From assembly GCF_018977255.1 (NCBI RefSeq), contig NW_024705400.1:1-48135 (forward strand): a stretch of DNA of 48,135 nucleotides, written 5' to 3'. The notes beneath the pieces are model-generated. The model saw only the letters and a program-made list of their open reading frames with translations. It made no database searches and was not told the origin of the DNA. The stretch comes from Callorhinchus milii (taxonomy: Eukaryota). Within the stretch, counting starts at the first letter, position 1; each line of letters starts with the position of its first letter. Below are positions 24,601 to 38,782 of this stretch, piece by piece. The position numbers and the translations under genes were made by a program.

Positions 24601-27600
24601 GTTTCACTCTGTTGCGAAAGATTATAAAAATAATCCTTGCACGTCTCAAAGCGCTTCACAGAATATACTGTGAATATACAATTGCACACACACATCAGTG
24701 TCCCACAAACAGTCGTGGATTGATTGACCAAATAATTTTTTTTTATTTTTTTATGGCCCCCCCGGAAAAGCAATCCACCAATCCACTAACAACTGGGTTC
24801 CTACTTCCTACATTGCTGAGCTCCCACTTTGCACACACATACTCACACACGTACATGCTCATGCGCACACACTTTGACACAGACCCCTGCGCAGGCCCCC
24901 CCGTGCACGCCCCCACAGAACCCTGCGCACACTCCCGCAGACACACACTTACACACACATACATATACACAATCACTCGTGCGCCTCATCACATCATTGA
25001 GACATCTCAATATTTGGGGGATTATTACCCCCGGAAACCGATCCGGCAATCGACCAACAATTGGTAACCAGAGGCGTGTGTGTGGAGTAAGGATACTTGC
25101 CAAACTACAATACAATAATAATCCTTGCATTTTATACAGCACCTTATAATAATAATAATCCTTACATTTTGATATAGCGCTTTTCACGTCTTCTCGACGT
25201 CCCAAAGCGTTTCACAGAATATACCATAAAGTGAATCGACTGTATATTTGTGGGCGAACGCGGCCGCCCATTGCGCACAGCAACATGAATTGAAAATGAC
25301 CAATTAATTATTGTTTTGGGCTTTGGAGGGATTATTATCAGGTGTGTGGAGTAAGGAAACTTGCCCAAGGTTTCGCCCTGACCTGCCTGGAATTGAACTC
25401 AGGTCTCTCGCTCGCAAAGCGAGTGCTCTAACCACTGAGCTACAGGACTCCACATGAGATGTATCAAAGAGCTTCAAGTGTACTTTAACTTGTAGCGTCT
25501 GTGTGTTTTGTGGGTGAAACGTGGCAGCCACAATAGTGCCCCACAAACAGTCGTTGATTGATTGACCAAAATTTGGGGGGGATTATTGCCCCCAGAAAGC
25601 GATCCACCGATCAATTAACAATTGACCGCCACCATTTAGCACTCAGGGACACCACCCTACGTGGAGGGCACTATATAAGTGTAATTTGTTGTTGTTGCTG
25701 CTGCTGTTGTATCTTTACTCCACACACACACACACACCCCTCTCTTTACCTAGCAGTAGGTCATCAGACGATTGGCGGATCGCTTTTCCGTGGGTAATAA
25801 TCCATTCAAAATAAAATAATAATTTGATCCCTCAATCCACGACTGCTTTTGGGACGTCACTGTGCGCAATTGGCTGCTCACACAATACAGTCACTACACT
25901 TTACAGTATATTTTGCGAAGAGTTTTGAGATGTCTCAAAAATATGATAACGTGCAGTAACAAATGCAAGGATTATTATCATACAATTAGGCAAGTTTCCT
26001 TAATAATAACCATTTGATGTAGCACCTTATCACATCGTCGGGACATCTCAAAGCACTTTACGGGACACATTACAATTCTGTGTAAATATATTTTGTGGGC
26101 AAGACATGGTTGTCGTCACTGAAGATAAGGGAGTTTCTCTCTCTCTCCCACAGTGTCCTCGCAGACGGATACAACCTTTGCAGTAAATGTTGAGGGTGTG
26201 TCTGACTGAGCCAGACTGAAGCACAATTAACCAGAATCGGGAGACTGCTCAGTGTACACATCTGTCCGGATTTAATACTAACCACAACAGTCAAAGACTT
26301 ACATTTACGCATCAGCTTTCACCCCCCAGAGAGACGTCCCACAACACTTTACCGCTTATATTTACACACCGCCTATCACTCCCCAGAGAGACGTCTCATA
26401 ACGCTTCACCGCTTACATTTACACAGTGACTTTCGCCCTGACAAGAGCACGTTTAGCTCGTAAATCAACCCATTTCTCTCCGCTCCAGAGCCCAGGTCAT
26501 TCCTTGTTTAATATGCCTTTCTCGCAGTCTACCAGACAACACCGAGGCCTTTTTCTCAGCCCAAAAATACTTTAAACCCCATTTTAAGCCTATTGCTTTG
26601 ATTCTGATAAAAAATTGTTTATTTACCCTCCTGGGTAAGGAGGGATTGCAGATTCTACTCACATGAAAGACACTCGAGGTAAATACCAAACAGGAAAAAT
26701 TACAAGTTAATGCCTTCAGCAAGGTTTAAAAAAACGGTTCATTACAAACTGGGCAACAACAACAACAAATTACATTTGTAGAGCTCCTTTCACTTCAGGC
26801 GGATGTCCCAAGTCCTCCGAGGCCTTGGATTGGGCTTACAACTCCGACCCTATCTCCTCACCCTCGCCCGGCTTCACTGGCTCCCTATCCTCCAGAGGAT
26901 TGAGTTCAAATCTTTATTCTCACCTTCAAAACCTTCCACAGGCTTGCTCTTCCCTACCTTTGTGATCTGCTAATTCGCCCTGTCCGCTCCCTCGACTCAG
27001 CGAACTCCAGGCTGCTCCACGTCACCCACCTTGCCAGCCGCACCATTAGCGGTCAGACCTGCCCAACCCTCTGGAACTTCATCCTGCATCCTTGCCCCCT
27101 TCCTTGCCTCCTTCATGGGCCCGTCTCAAGAACCTCCTCTTCGATCATCACCCTCGTATGCCCACCCTGCCTGCCCTCGCCCACTCCTGATCCCAACCCA
27201 GCTTGGGTCTAAATCCCTGACTGTCCAGCACCTTGGGTCATCTTAAAGGCTCTGTGTAAATGTCATCTCCCAGTCTCTCTGGCTCCCAGTTTCTCGCTGT
27301 CGCTCAGTCTGTCTCTCTTAAATCCCCACTGCTCAGCATCTTGGGACATCTTTCCAACATGAAATGTATTGTGTAAATGTCATTTGCTGCTGTTGTTACA
27401 ACAACGGCCAACAATAAGACACGGAAAAAAGCCTGAGAAGGACAGACGTACTAGTCGGTCTCTCTCCAGTTGCCCCATCGGTATACTAAAGAACATTCTA
27501 GAATCTTCCAACTCACCATCTCCTTGTGATTGGGATAAAAGACTTGGTCAATGAGAGGAAAGTCATCAGATCCTAGTTGACGGTGGAGGCGGGCCAGCTG

Positions 27601-30600
27601 AGCAAACTGTAGAGAGATTGAGAGAGTGTGAGAGAAATAGTGTGTGAGAGAGTGTAGTTGTGTAAGGGGGGGGGAAAGAGACAGAGAGTGTGTGTGAGAG
27701 ACAGAATAACCACTGCACGACAGGACTCCAAAGGAGTAGTCAAAGAGTTAAGTGTTGACATGGTCTTGAGTGAAGCGGAGAGGGGAGTCGGAATGACTCC
27801 GGCAATGGAGCTCCAGAGAGAAGGGGCAAAATGGCGATGGTGGGGCAAATAATAACAGGTGAAGCGAACCGGTGTTTGCCGGGAAAAGGGAGGGGGGGAG
27901 GTGGCAGAGGGAGGGGGGAGGTGGCAGAGGGAGGGGGCGGTGGCAGAGGGAGGGGGAGGTGGCAGAGGGAGGGGGGGGTGGCAGAGGGAGGGGGGGCGGT
28001 GGCAGAGGGAGGGGGGCGGTGGCAGAGGGAGGGGGGGCGGTGGCAGAGGGAGGGGGGGTGGCAGAGGGAGGGGGGGGGTGGCAGAGGGAGGGGGCGGTGG
28101 CAGAGGGAGGGGGGGGTGGCAGAGGGAGGGGGCGGTGGCAGAGGGAGGGGGCGGTGGCAGAGGGAGGGGGGGCGGTGGCAGAGGGAGGGGGGGTGGCAGA
28201 GGGAGGGGGGCGGTGGCAGAGGGAGGGGGGGGTGGCAGAGGGAGGGGGGCGGTGGCAGAGGGAGGGGGGGAGGTGGCAGAGGGAGGGGGAGGTGGCAGAG
28301 GGAGGGGGGAGGTGGCAGAGGGAGGGGGGGGTGGCAGAGGGAGGGGGGGGTGGCAGAGGGAGGGGGGGCGGTGGCAGAGGGAGGGGGGCGGTGGCAGAGG
28401 GAGGGGTGGCAGAGGGAGGGGGGGGGTGGCAGAGGGAGGGGGGGGGTGGCAGAGGGCGGTGGCAGAGGGAGGGGGGGCGGTGGCAGAGGGAGGGGGGCGG
28501 TGGCAGAGGGAGGGGGGGCGGTGGCAGAGGGAGGGGGGGCGTGGCAGAGGGAGGGGAGGTGGCAGAGGGGAGGGGGGAGGTGGCCTCACACTCTCACACT
28601 GACTCACTGTCACAATCTGGTAGGGATATACTATTTTATAGTATATTTAGGGACGTCCTCCTGACGTGAAAGGCGCTTTATAAATGTAATCTTCTTGTTG
28701 TTGTTGTTGTACTATAGACCACCAAATAGTGGGAAGGAAATAGATGAGCAGATCTGCAAACAGATCTCAGACAGATGCCAGTCGCGATAATGGGGGACTT
28801 TAATCATCCCAACACGGAATGGCAAAACAACAGCTCGAAGGCCAAGGAGGGAGAAAGATTCCTAAAATGCATACAGGACAACTTTTTTGATCAGTACGTT
28901 TCCAACCCAACGAGGAAGGAAGCAGTGCTGGATCTAGTTCTGGGGAATGAAGTAGGAGCAAGTGGAGCAGGTTTCAGTGGGAGAGCGTCTCGGGCAACAG
29001 TGATCACAACATCATTAGATTCAGAGGGAATATGGAAAGAGACGAGGAACCGTCTAAGCTGAAGGTACTCAACTGGAAGAGGGCAAATTTCAGTGAGTTA
29101 AAAAGGGACCGAGCCAGGAAAGATTGGCAGGTAAAACAACTAAAGAGCAGTGGGAAGTCTTCAAGGATGAGAGAGCTCGGGGACAGAACAAATACATTCC
29201 CACAAAAGGGAAAAGTAGGGCTTCCAAACCCTCCCGGGATGACGAAGGTAATTGTATTGAGAATGAAGCAGAAAAAGGAGAAGTGTGACAACTGTCAAAC
29301 CGGAGATACGGAAGACAACCAAATCGAATATAGGAAGTACAGAAGAGAACTGATGAAGGAAGTAAGAGGGGCAAAAAGGTTATACGAAGAAAGGTTAGCG
29401 GGTAACACTAAAGGGAATTCTAAAATATTTCACAAACATATCAAGAAAGAAAGGATAGTCAAAGGTAGAAGGCGGAAATCTTATTGTGGAGGCAATGGCT
29501 GATGTGCTGAATGAGTACTTTGTATCTGTCTTCACAAAAGAAGTGGATGCACTAAATGCCGCAGTGTCGGAGGAGAGGGCAGAGGAAATGGATAGGATGA
29601 GTATAAACAGAGAGGAAGTACTGAAAAGGTTGACTGGGCTGAAGGTGATAAGTCGCCCGGTCCGGAGGGGATGCAGCCGAGGTTACTATGGGAGGGACGG
29701 GTACAAACAGCGGAGGCTTTGGCTACAATTTTTCAATCTTCGTCGGACACCGGAGTGGTGCCCGAGGACTGGAGAGCGGCCAATGTACAAAAGGGAGAAG
29801 ACGTGAAAAGCGCTATATCAATTGCAAGGAGTATTATTATTATTGATGACGAGGAAAGGCGGGAGAGGCCGGGATTATTCTCATTGGAGCAGAAAAGGTT
29901 ACGCGGACCTAATAGAGGTCTTCAAAATCATGAGGGGATTTGATGGGTTAGAAAGGGAAAGACTGTTTGCACCGGTGGGAGTGTCGGTGACTCGAGATCA
30001 CAGATTCAAAATAGTCTCTAAAGGAAGTCGAGGGAAGATGAGAGGAATTGTTTTCGCGCAGTTGTTCGAATTGTCTGAAAGGGCGGTCGAGGACGATTTG
30101 ACAACTATTTAAAGCGCAGTGGACAGGTATTTGAGGAGGACGGGTTTAATCATTTGCAGGTTATGGGGAAAGGGCCGGGGAGTGGGATCGACATTACATT
30201 GCTCCATTCAAAGAGCCGGCACAGACTCGATGGGCCGAATGGCCTCTTTTTGTGCTGTACGATTCTATGATCTCACACTCACACACTGTCTCACTCTCAG
30301 ACACACACAATAACAATAATAATATAATAATAGTCCTCGCATTTGATATAGCGCTTTTCAAGTCTTCTCGACGTCTCAAAGCGCTTCACAGGACAGACTG
30401 TAAAGCGAATTGACCGTATATTTGTGGACAATCACACTCTCAAACACACACACACTCACACATCACTCTCTTCCCCCACACGCACTCTCTCTCTTACACT
30501 GTCTCACATTCTCTCACACTCTCTCACACTCACACACTCACACACATTCTCACACTCACTGTCACAATCTCTCATACTCACACACTGACTCACGCATTCA

Positions 30601-33600
30601 CAAACACACACACACTCAGACTCTCACGTACACTCTCACAGACACTCTCTCACACACTTTCACAGACACACTCTATCACATTCTCTCTCACTCTCTCCCT
30701 CACTCTGTCTCACACACACTCTCACACAATCACTCTCTCTTACACATTCTTTCTCTCTCTTTCACAGGTCAAAGTAAACACTCAGTATGATTTCCAGGAC
30801 ATAGCAAGTGTTGTTGCCCTCACTAAGACCTACGCCACTACCGAGTCTTTCATTGATGCCAAATATGATGTCCGTATCCAGAAAATCGGCAGCAACTACA
30901 AGGCTTACATGTGAGTCACCACCTCCCTGAGCTCTCCCACTCCAATAATAATAATAATAATCATTTCGTTTAATACAGCACCATATCGCGTCATCAAGGC
31001 GTCTCGCAGTGCTTCACAGGATACACTGTAAAGTGTAGTGACTATGCTCACACACGACGCACATAGACACAGGCGCACTCAGGCCCACACGGACACAGAT
31101 ACGCACGCACAAATACACAGATACGCACACATACGCGTGCGCGCGCGCACACACAAACACGTGGACGGAATTAGAAATGAGTAACTATATATCTTGAGGG
31201 TTTGTTGGCCAGGACGCTGGGAGAAACGCCGTTCTTTTTTTCACCCATACCCATGGGAGCTTTTACATCCACCCGAACAGGCAGACAGGACCTCTTGTTA
31301 TTATCCATAATAATAATAAAAATCCTTGCATTTGATACAGCACCTTGTCACGTCATCGAGACATGGCAAAGTGCTTCACAGGATGTACTGTAAAGTGTAG
31401 TGACTGTGTATTTTGTGGGCGAAACGCCGCAGCCAATTGCGCACAGCAGCGTCCCTTAAAGAGTAGTGGATTGAATGACCAAATGACTATTATGCTTTTA
31501 AAAATGTTTATTAAAAAGGTTTCTCTCTCGCCGTCAGTCCCCCAAATAAAGCCACTCACTCATCCAGGGCTATTTGTGGGGACATCACCGTCCTAATCAG
31601 CTGCCAACAAAACACATCCTGCGATGGACGAGATAAGACTGGGTCCAATGCAAGGATTATTATTATAATTATTGTCAGTATCCCTGACAGATGTTTTCTG
31701 TGCGTTGCTATATTGCTTCACCCTGTCATCACTAGTGGTCAGATTAAACCCATCACGATGACAGTGGGACACAAAACTAAGACATATTTTTGGAACTTGC
31801 GGTTGGTTTGCCAGGACTAAGCCAGGCTGACACAAGCCACACACTATTACTTGGAGGTCAGCCGGGTGTCTGACACATCCGGAAACCCATCACCGTTGCT
31901 TAAGAGTCTCCAAATCCAACGGAGGATTCCAGGCCTCCCACCTACACATGGGATAGATCGTTGGAATGGAATATGCACTCTCTCTCTCTCTCTCCCTGGA
32001 GGGACGCCGCCTGCTTAGTTAATCCCGGAAAGTATTAGGCGCAGACTGGCGAGAGCCCAGGCTTGCGGGGAGCTCAGAGCGTGCGTTGGGGTAACTGCTG
32101 GAGTCTAACCAGCTCAACCCACGCGTAGCTTGGCCATCCAGAGCGCCGTCTGGCCAGCTTTTCCCGCTGCTTGTCCAGCGAGGACCACCCTTCCCCGTCA
32201 GTTAGGGCTTTGGCTGCAGGAGTTCATGGGGAGGATTCCCTGCATCCAGTGCGGGTCTAGAGACCGTCGCAGAGGGCTCACACTCCCCCACACTCCACGT
32301 GCTGTCAAACATGTCACCTCGGGGCCAGTTCAGGCCTCCACGGCCTCTGTGGCCCGTCTGCTCCCTCCGCTCAGCGGGCGCCGGCCTGGTTCGGGTCCCC
32401 CTGCCCAGCTCCAGTCCCTCTAACTCGCCTCCTCCCTCGCCTCCGTCAAGACCCGTCTCAAGACCCTCTTCGACCAACCGAACCTTCGGTCACCCTCCTC
32501 GACCCTCATCCCCTCTGCCCTCCCCAACCCCCAACCCCCAGTTCGGGTCCAAACCCCTGACTGTCCAGCGCCTTGGGACGTCCTCCCAACCTCGAGGCGC
32601 TTTGTCAAGTCATTTTGTTGTTGTTGTTGTTGGAGTCTACAGTCTCTTCCCTACACAAGCCTCAGACTGTCTAGAATTTGGCCGCTCATGTCCTCTCTGT
32701 CCCCAGAGGGAGAAAGAGAGAGCGCCACATTGTGAGACGCTGTCCTTTTCGGACAACAACAATAATAGTAATCCTGGATTCGATATAGCGCCGTATCACG
32801 TCACCTCAAAGCGCTTCACAGAATATACTGTAAAGTGTAGCGACTGTATATTTTGCGGGCGAAACACGGCAGCCAATTGCGACAAGATGTTAAACCTCAC
32901 ACACTCCCCATCTGTGCCCTGTTCAGCGTCGCCGCTGTCGGGGGTGAGAGGCGAAGGTAGTTTCTCTCTCCCTCGGTGTCCTGGCTGACAGATGAAACCG
33001 TTCCCTCCGCAGCTGTTTGCCAGGCGTCGCTCTGCACAAACACCGGCCCCCATGTTTCGCCCGCGCGCTTCACAGTAAAATCCTGTGAAACATTTTAAGA
33101 CGTCACGACAGGACAATGAGGCACGGATTCAAACAATGGTAATTAACATTATTATTAAAGTGTCTGAGAATTTCCTTTTGACATTCTTTTACGGTCAGCC
33201 AAGCGATTGTAACATGGAAATACATCACCGTTGCTTAAGCGTCTCAATATCCCACTGAGAATTCCATGCCTCCCACCTACACATGGAAATTCCCGTGGCT
33301 GTAATTGAATATGCACTCTCTCTCCCTGGAGGGGACACACCCTGTTATCTAATTCCAGAGAGTATTAGGCGCAGGTTGGCGAGAGCCAAGCCTCGAGGGG
33401 AGCCCAGAGTGTGTGTTCGGTTAAAACTGCTGGCGTCGAAGCAGCTGAAACCACGACGTGGAAGGGCCAGACTCAGATCTACGATTATTATTATTTTTAT
33501 GTTGAAATAGTGGTTTCCTGGATGACTGTTTCAAAGATTTGTGAGTTTTATCCGAAGGAAACAGGCCTGAACGTTACACAATGACTCCGATATGGTCAAC

Positions 33601-34163
33601 AGCTACACTTACACTTACACGGCACCTCACAGCATCTCTCACCTGTGAAGACATACATTCTGTGAAGAATACTCATTCAGTACCTCAGCCGTGCCCTCTA
33701 CTTTGCCTTTTGGTTCCTAATGGTCCCCCACCCTTCCTTTGACTATCCTTTTACTCTTTCTATGTTTACAAAAGAACCTTTTCTATTACTCACTAATCTT
33801 TCCTCACACACTCTTCTTATTCCCTTTCTCAGTTCTCCTCTGCACTTCTTGTGTCCTACTCGACTCTCGAGTGTGTTATGAACCTGGCATTATAATAATA
33901 ATAATATTAATAATAATCCTTCCCTTTGATACAGCGCCTTATCGCGTCTTCGAGACGTCTCAAAGCGCTTCCAGAATATACTTGTAAAGAGTGTGTATTT
34001 TGTGGGAGGAATGCAGCAGCTAATAGTGTACAGCTGTGGTCCACAAAAGGTCGTGGATTGAGTCACCAAATTATTTTTTTAAGAGATTATTACCTCTGGA
34101 AAAGCAATCCGCCAATCGACTAACAACCGGGTTCCCACTTACTGCTCGGAAACGGAGGCGCGC

Positions 34164-34194
<31 letters not shown>

Positions 34195-35851
34195 GAGTAA
34201 GGAAACTTGCTTAACGTTTCGCCCTGTCCTGTCCCGCCCGGGAACCGAACACTGGTCCTCTTGCTTGAGAGGCGAGCGCTTTAACCATTGAACCTCCTTT
34301 TTCTGTATCATTTTAATCCCAATTTCTTCAGTCATCCAGGCCAGCGAGCATAGGCATTGGATGCTGTGCATTTCCCCCTCCTGGGAATGTGTTCCCAGCG
34401 CCTTGGGATGTCCTCCCGACGTGAAAGGCGCTATACAAATGTAATCGTGTTGTTGTGTTTAATACGTACCCCAACTATCTCCTCACTGAAGGCCTCCCAT
34501 TGCTCACTTACTGTTTGAGTTGCCAATCTTTTATTCCAATCCACATGGACCAGATCCCTTTTTAACTCCGACATTAGCATCTTCCAGTTCCTTGTATTGG
34601 TCCTTATCCCTTTCCACAACTACTCTGGAGTCTGGTAATGAAGCGGTGAGTCCCCTCGTGTCGCAAGCGAGAGGTACCGGGTTCGATTCCCGGGTGGGAC
34701 AGGACAGGGCGAAACCTTAGGCAAGTTTCCTTGCTCCACACACACACAGACACGCGCGCACACCTCTGTTTAGCAGCTGTAAGCAGGAACCTGGTTGTTA
34801 GTGGATTGGCAGATTGCTTTCCGTGGATGGTAATCCCTTCAAAAAAATAAATAAGTGAATAAAGAATCATTTGGTCACTCAATCCAAGGCTTTTTGTGGG
34901 ATACTTCTGTGTGCAATTGGCTGCCGTGTTTTGCCCACAAAATACACAATGAATTCACTTTACGGTATATTCTGTGAAGCACTTTGACACGTCTCAAAGA
35001 CGTGATAAGGCGCTGTATCAAATACAAGGATTGTTATACTTATATATTATAAGGCGGAAGGTGAACTAGATTGACCTTGGGCTTGTTTTTCCAGCATTTC
35101 TTATCTTATTATGTTCTAAGTGTTGTGAGATGTCCTTCTGACGTAAAAAACACAGGGTCTGATGTAAGATTATTTTTAGTTGTTCTGTTGAAATAATGGT
35201 TTCACGTCAGGATGACGTCTCACCTCTTACATGTACGCAGTGCGTTTCATGAAAGACATCTCAGAGTGCTTCATAGGATATAATTGTGAAGACCATATAT
35301 TTTGTGGGTGAAACGCAGCAGCCAATTGCGCACAGTAGGGACTGAATCACTAAATTATTCTTATTTTTTTGAAGGGATTTTTACCCCTGGAAAGTGACCC
35401 GGTAATGCACTAACGGGTTCCTACTTACTGCTATAAACAGAGGCGTGTGTGTGGAGTAAGGAAACTTGCTCAACCTTTCGCCCTGTCCTGTCCCCTCCGG
35501 GAATCGAACCCGGGTCCTCTCGTTTGCAAAGCGAGTGTTCTAATCACTGAACCTCCTTTTTCTGTTCGATTTTATTATGATTATTTTATTATTATTATTA
35601 TTATAGCTGGCACCGAATATCTGAAGCCCTCCCTTCTGCATCACTTACCCGGCCACGCATTACGATGCTTCATCTTGTTAATCATGGACATCCTGATGTG
35701 AAAGGCACCAGATCCGATGTAGAATTATTTTTGTTATGACAAAATTGCTGTTTCATATCAGGATGACATTTCACAATGCTTCACCACTTACATTTACACA
35801 GTCTTTCTGGAGTGAGTGAAAGACGCTGTGGAAATGGAAGTCTCGTGGGAC

Positions 35852-35886
<35 letters not shown>

Positions 35887-38743
35887 GGCCAAAATGTCCA
35901 CATTAGATGCAACATTATTATTATTTTTATGTTGAAATTGTGATTTCAAGGATGACTTATTTCAAAGATTTGTGAGTTTTATCCAAAATAAACAGGTCTG
36001 AACATTACACAATTACTGCGATATCAGTTTACTGGTCAACAGCTACACTTACATAGCACCTTTCACCCCAGAGAGATGTTTCACAACACTTCACCACTTA
36101 CATTTTATTTGCACATCATCTGCACCACCACATGAGGTTTGAACCAGAGGTGAGAGGGCAAGCGACTGAGCCAGGGGGACACCCAGCGACTGAGCCAGGG
36201 GGACACCCAGCGACTGAGCCAGGGGGACACCCAGCGACTGAGCCAGGGGGACACCCAGCGACTGAGCCAGGGGGACACCCAGCGACTGAGCCAGGGGGAC
36301 ACCCAGCGACTGAGCCAGGGGGACACCCAGCGACTGAGCCAGGGGGACACCCAGCGACTGAGCCAGGCTGACACACACCCAGCGACTGAGCCAGGGGGAC
36401 ACCCAGCGACTGAGCCAGGGGGACACCCAGCGACTGAGCCAGGGGGACACCCAGCGACTGAGCCAGGCTGACACACACACACAGCGACTGAGCCGGGCTG
36501 ACACACACACAGCGACTGAGCCAGGCTGACACACACACAGCGACTGAGCCGGGCTGACACACACACAGCGACTGAGCCGGACTGACACACACACAGCGAC
36601 TGAGCCAGGCTGACACACACACAGCGACTGAGCCAGACTGACACACACACACAGCGACTGAGCCAGGCTGACACACACACAGCGACTGAGCCAGGCTGAC
36701 ACACACACAGCGACTGAGCCGGGCTGACACACACACAGCGACTGAGCCGGGCTGACACACACACACAGCGACTGAGCCGAGGCTCACACACACACACAGC
36801 GACTGAGCCGGGCTGACACACACACACAGCGACTGAGCCGGACTGACACACACAGCGACTGAGCCGGGCTGACACACAGTGACTGAGCCAGACTGACACA
36901 CACACACACAGCCACTGAGCCAGACTGACACACACACACAGCGACTGAGCCAGACTGACACACACACAGCGACTGAGCCAGACTGACACACACACAGCGA
37001 CTGAGCCAGACTGACACACACACAGCGACTGAGCCAGACTGACACACACACAGCGACTGAGCCAGACTGACACGCAACAACTGGGCCAGACTGACACATA
37101 GCTTGTGATTTCAGGCGAACATCCATTTCAGGAAGCTGGAAGGCTAACACTGGTTCAGCTATGTTGGAACAGATTGCCGTATCTGACAGGTAATCATGAT
37201 TTTTATCCTGTCAGCCAAGTGTCTAACCCATCACCGTAATTAGCCGATATATGTCTGACACATACCTGTTACCGTGATCAGCCGGGTGTCTGATACACAC
37301 AAACACGCGTGGAAACCCACCACTTAACAGTCTCCAAACCCAACTGAGAATCCCACGCATCCCAACTACACCTGGAAATTGCTGAGATAGGTTGTTGGAA
37401 TGGGAGGCACTCTCTCTCTCTCTCTCTCTCCCTGGAGGGACGCTTCCTACTTACCTAATTCCAGAGAGTATTAGGTGCAGATGGCAAGAGCCAAAGCTTG
37501 CGGGGAGCCCAGAGTGTGCGTTGGGGTAACTGCTGGATTCTATCCAGGTAAACCCACATAGTTTGCCATTGAGAGCGCTATCTGGCAAGCTTTCCCGCTG
37601 CTCTGTCTCTAACCCTGACCTGGGAGTGCGGACGCAGTGTAGAGGAGAGTTACTGTGTCTCTAACCCTGACCTGGGAGTGTGGACGCACAGTGTAGAGGA
37701 GCGTTACTGTGTCCTCTAACCCTGACCTGGGAGTGTGGACGCACAGTGTAGAGGAGCGTTACTGTGTCTCTAACCCTGACCTGGGAGTGTGGACGCACAG
37801 TGTAGAGGAGCGTTACTGTGTCCTCTAACCCTGACCCGGGAGTGTGGACGCACAGTGTAGAGGAGCGTTACTGTGTCTCTACCCCTGACCTGGGAGTGTG
37901 TACACACAGTGTAGAGCTTTACTGTGTCTCTAACCCTGACCTGGGAGTGTGTACACACAGTGTAGAGGGAGCGTTACTGTGTCCTCTAACCCTGACCCGG
38001 GAGTGTGGACGGACGCACAGTGTAGAGGAGCGTTACTGTGTCTCTAACCCTGACCTGGGAGTGTGGACACACAGTGTAGAGGGAGCGTTACTGTGTCCTC
38101 TAACCCTGACCTGGGAGTGTGTACACACAGTGTAGAGGAGAGTTACTGTGTCCTCTAACCCTGACCTGGGAGTGTGGACACACAGTGTAGAGGAGCGTTA
38201 CTGTGTCTCTAAACCTGACCTGGGAGTGTGGACGGACGCACAGTGTAGAGGAGCGTTACTGTGTCTCTAACCCTGACCTGGGAGTGTGGACGCACAGTGT
38301 AGAGGGAGCGTTACTGTGTCTCTAACCCTGTCCTGGGAGTGCGGACGCACATTAATCCGGTGACTGTTTTGCAGGTACAAGCGATGGGCTGACGAATGCT
38401 CGGAGATTTTTGGCGGCATCGATATCTGTGCTGTGGAGGCCATTCGGGGAAAGGACGGACGTGACTACATTATCGAGGTCAGAGTCAGTCTCTGGCCGGG
38501 GGTCGTGAAACTGCGCTTTGGGTTAAAGGGTTAAATTACGAGGACAGGTTGCACTTGCCTCCCAAGCGAGAGAAGCTAAGTTTGATTCCCTAACGGAATC
38601 GCACCGGGCGAAACCTTGGGCGAGTTTCCTTACTCTGCGCAACGCCTCAGTTTACCAGCAGTAAGTCGTCGATTAACGGGGGGTAAATCCTTGAAAAGAT
38701 AAAAGAATAATGATGTGGTCACTCCATCCACAACTGTTTGTGA

Positions 38744-38782
<39 letters not shown>

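Noticed and set aside
27573..28669. RGG-rich and Pro-rich ORFs resembling RNA-binding or extensin proteins
   Set aside because: G-rich tandem repeat with variable unit length, open in several frames, with no gene structure.
36132..36371. (ATEPGGHP)n repeat protein
   Set aside because: A 24-bp satellite variant within syn1 intron 7; no splice or coding evidence.
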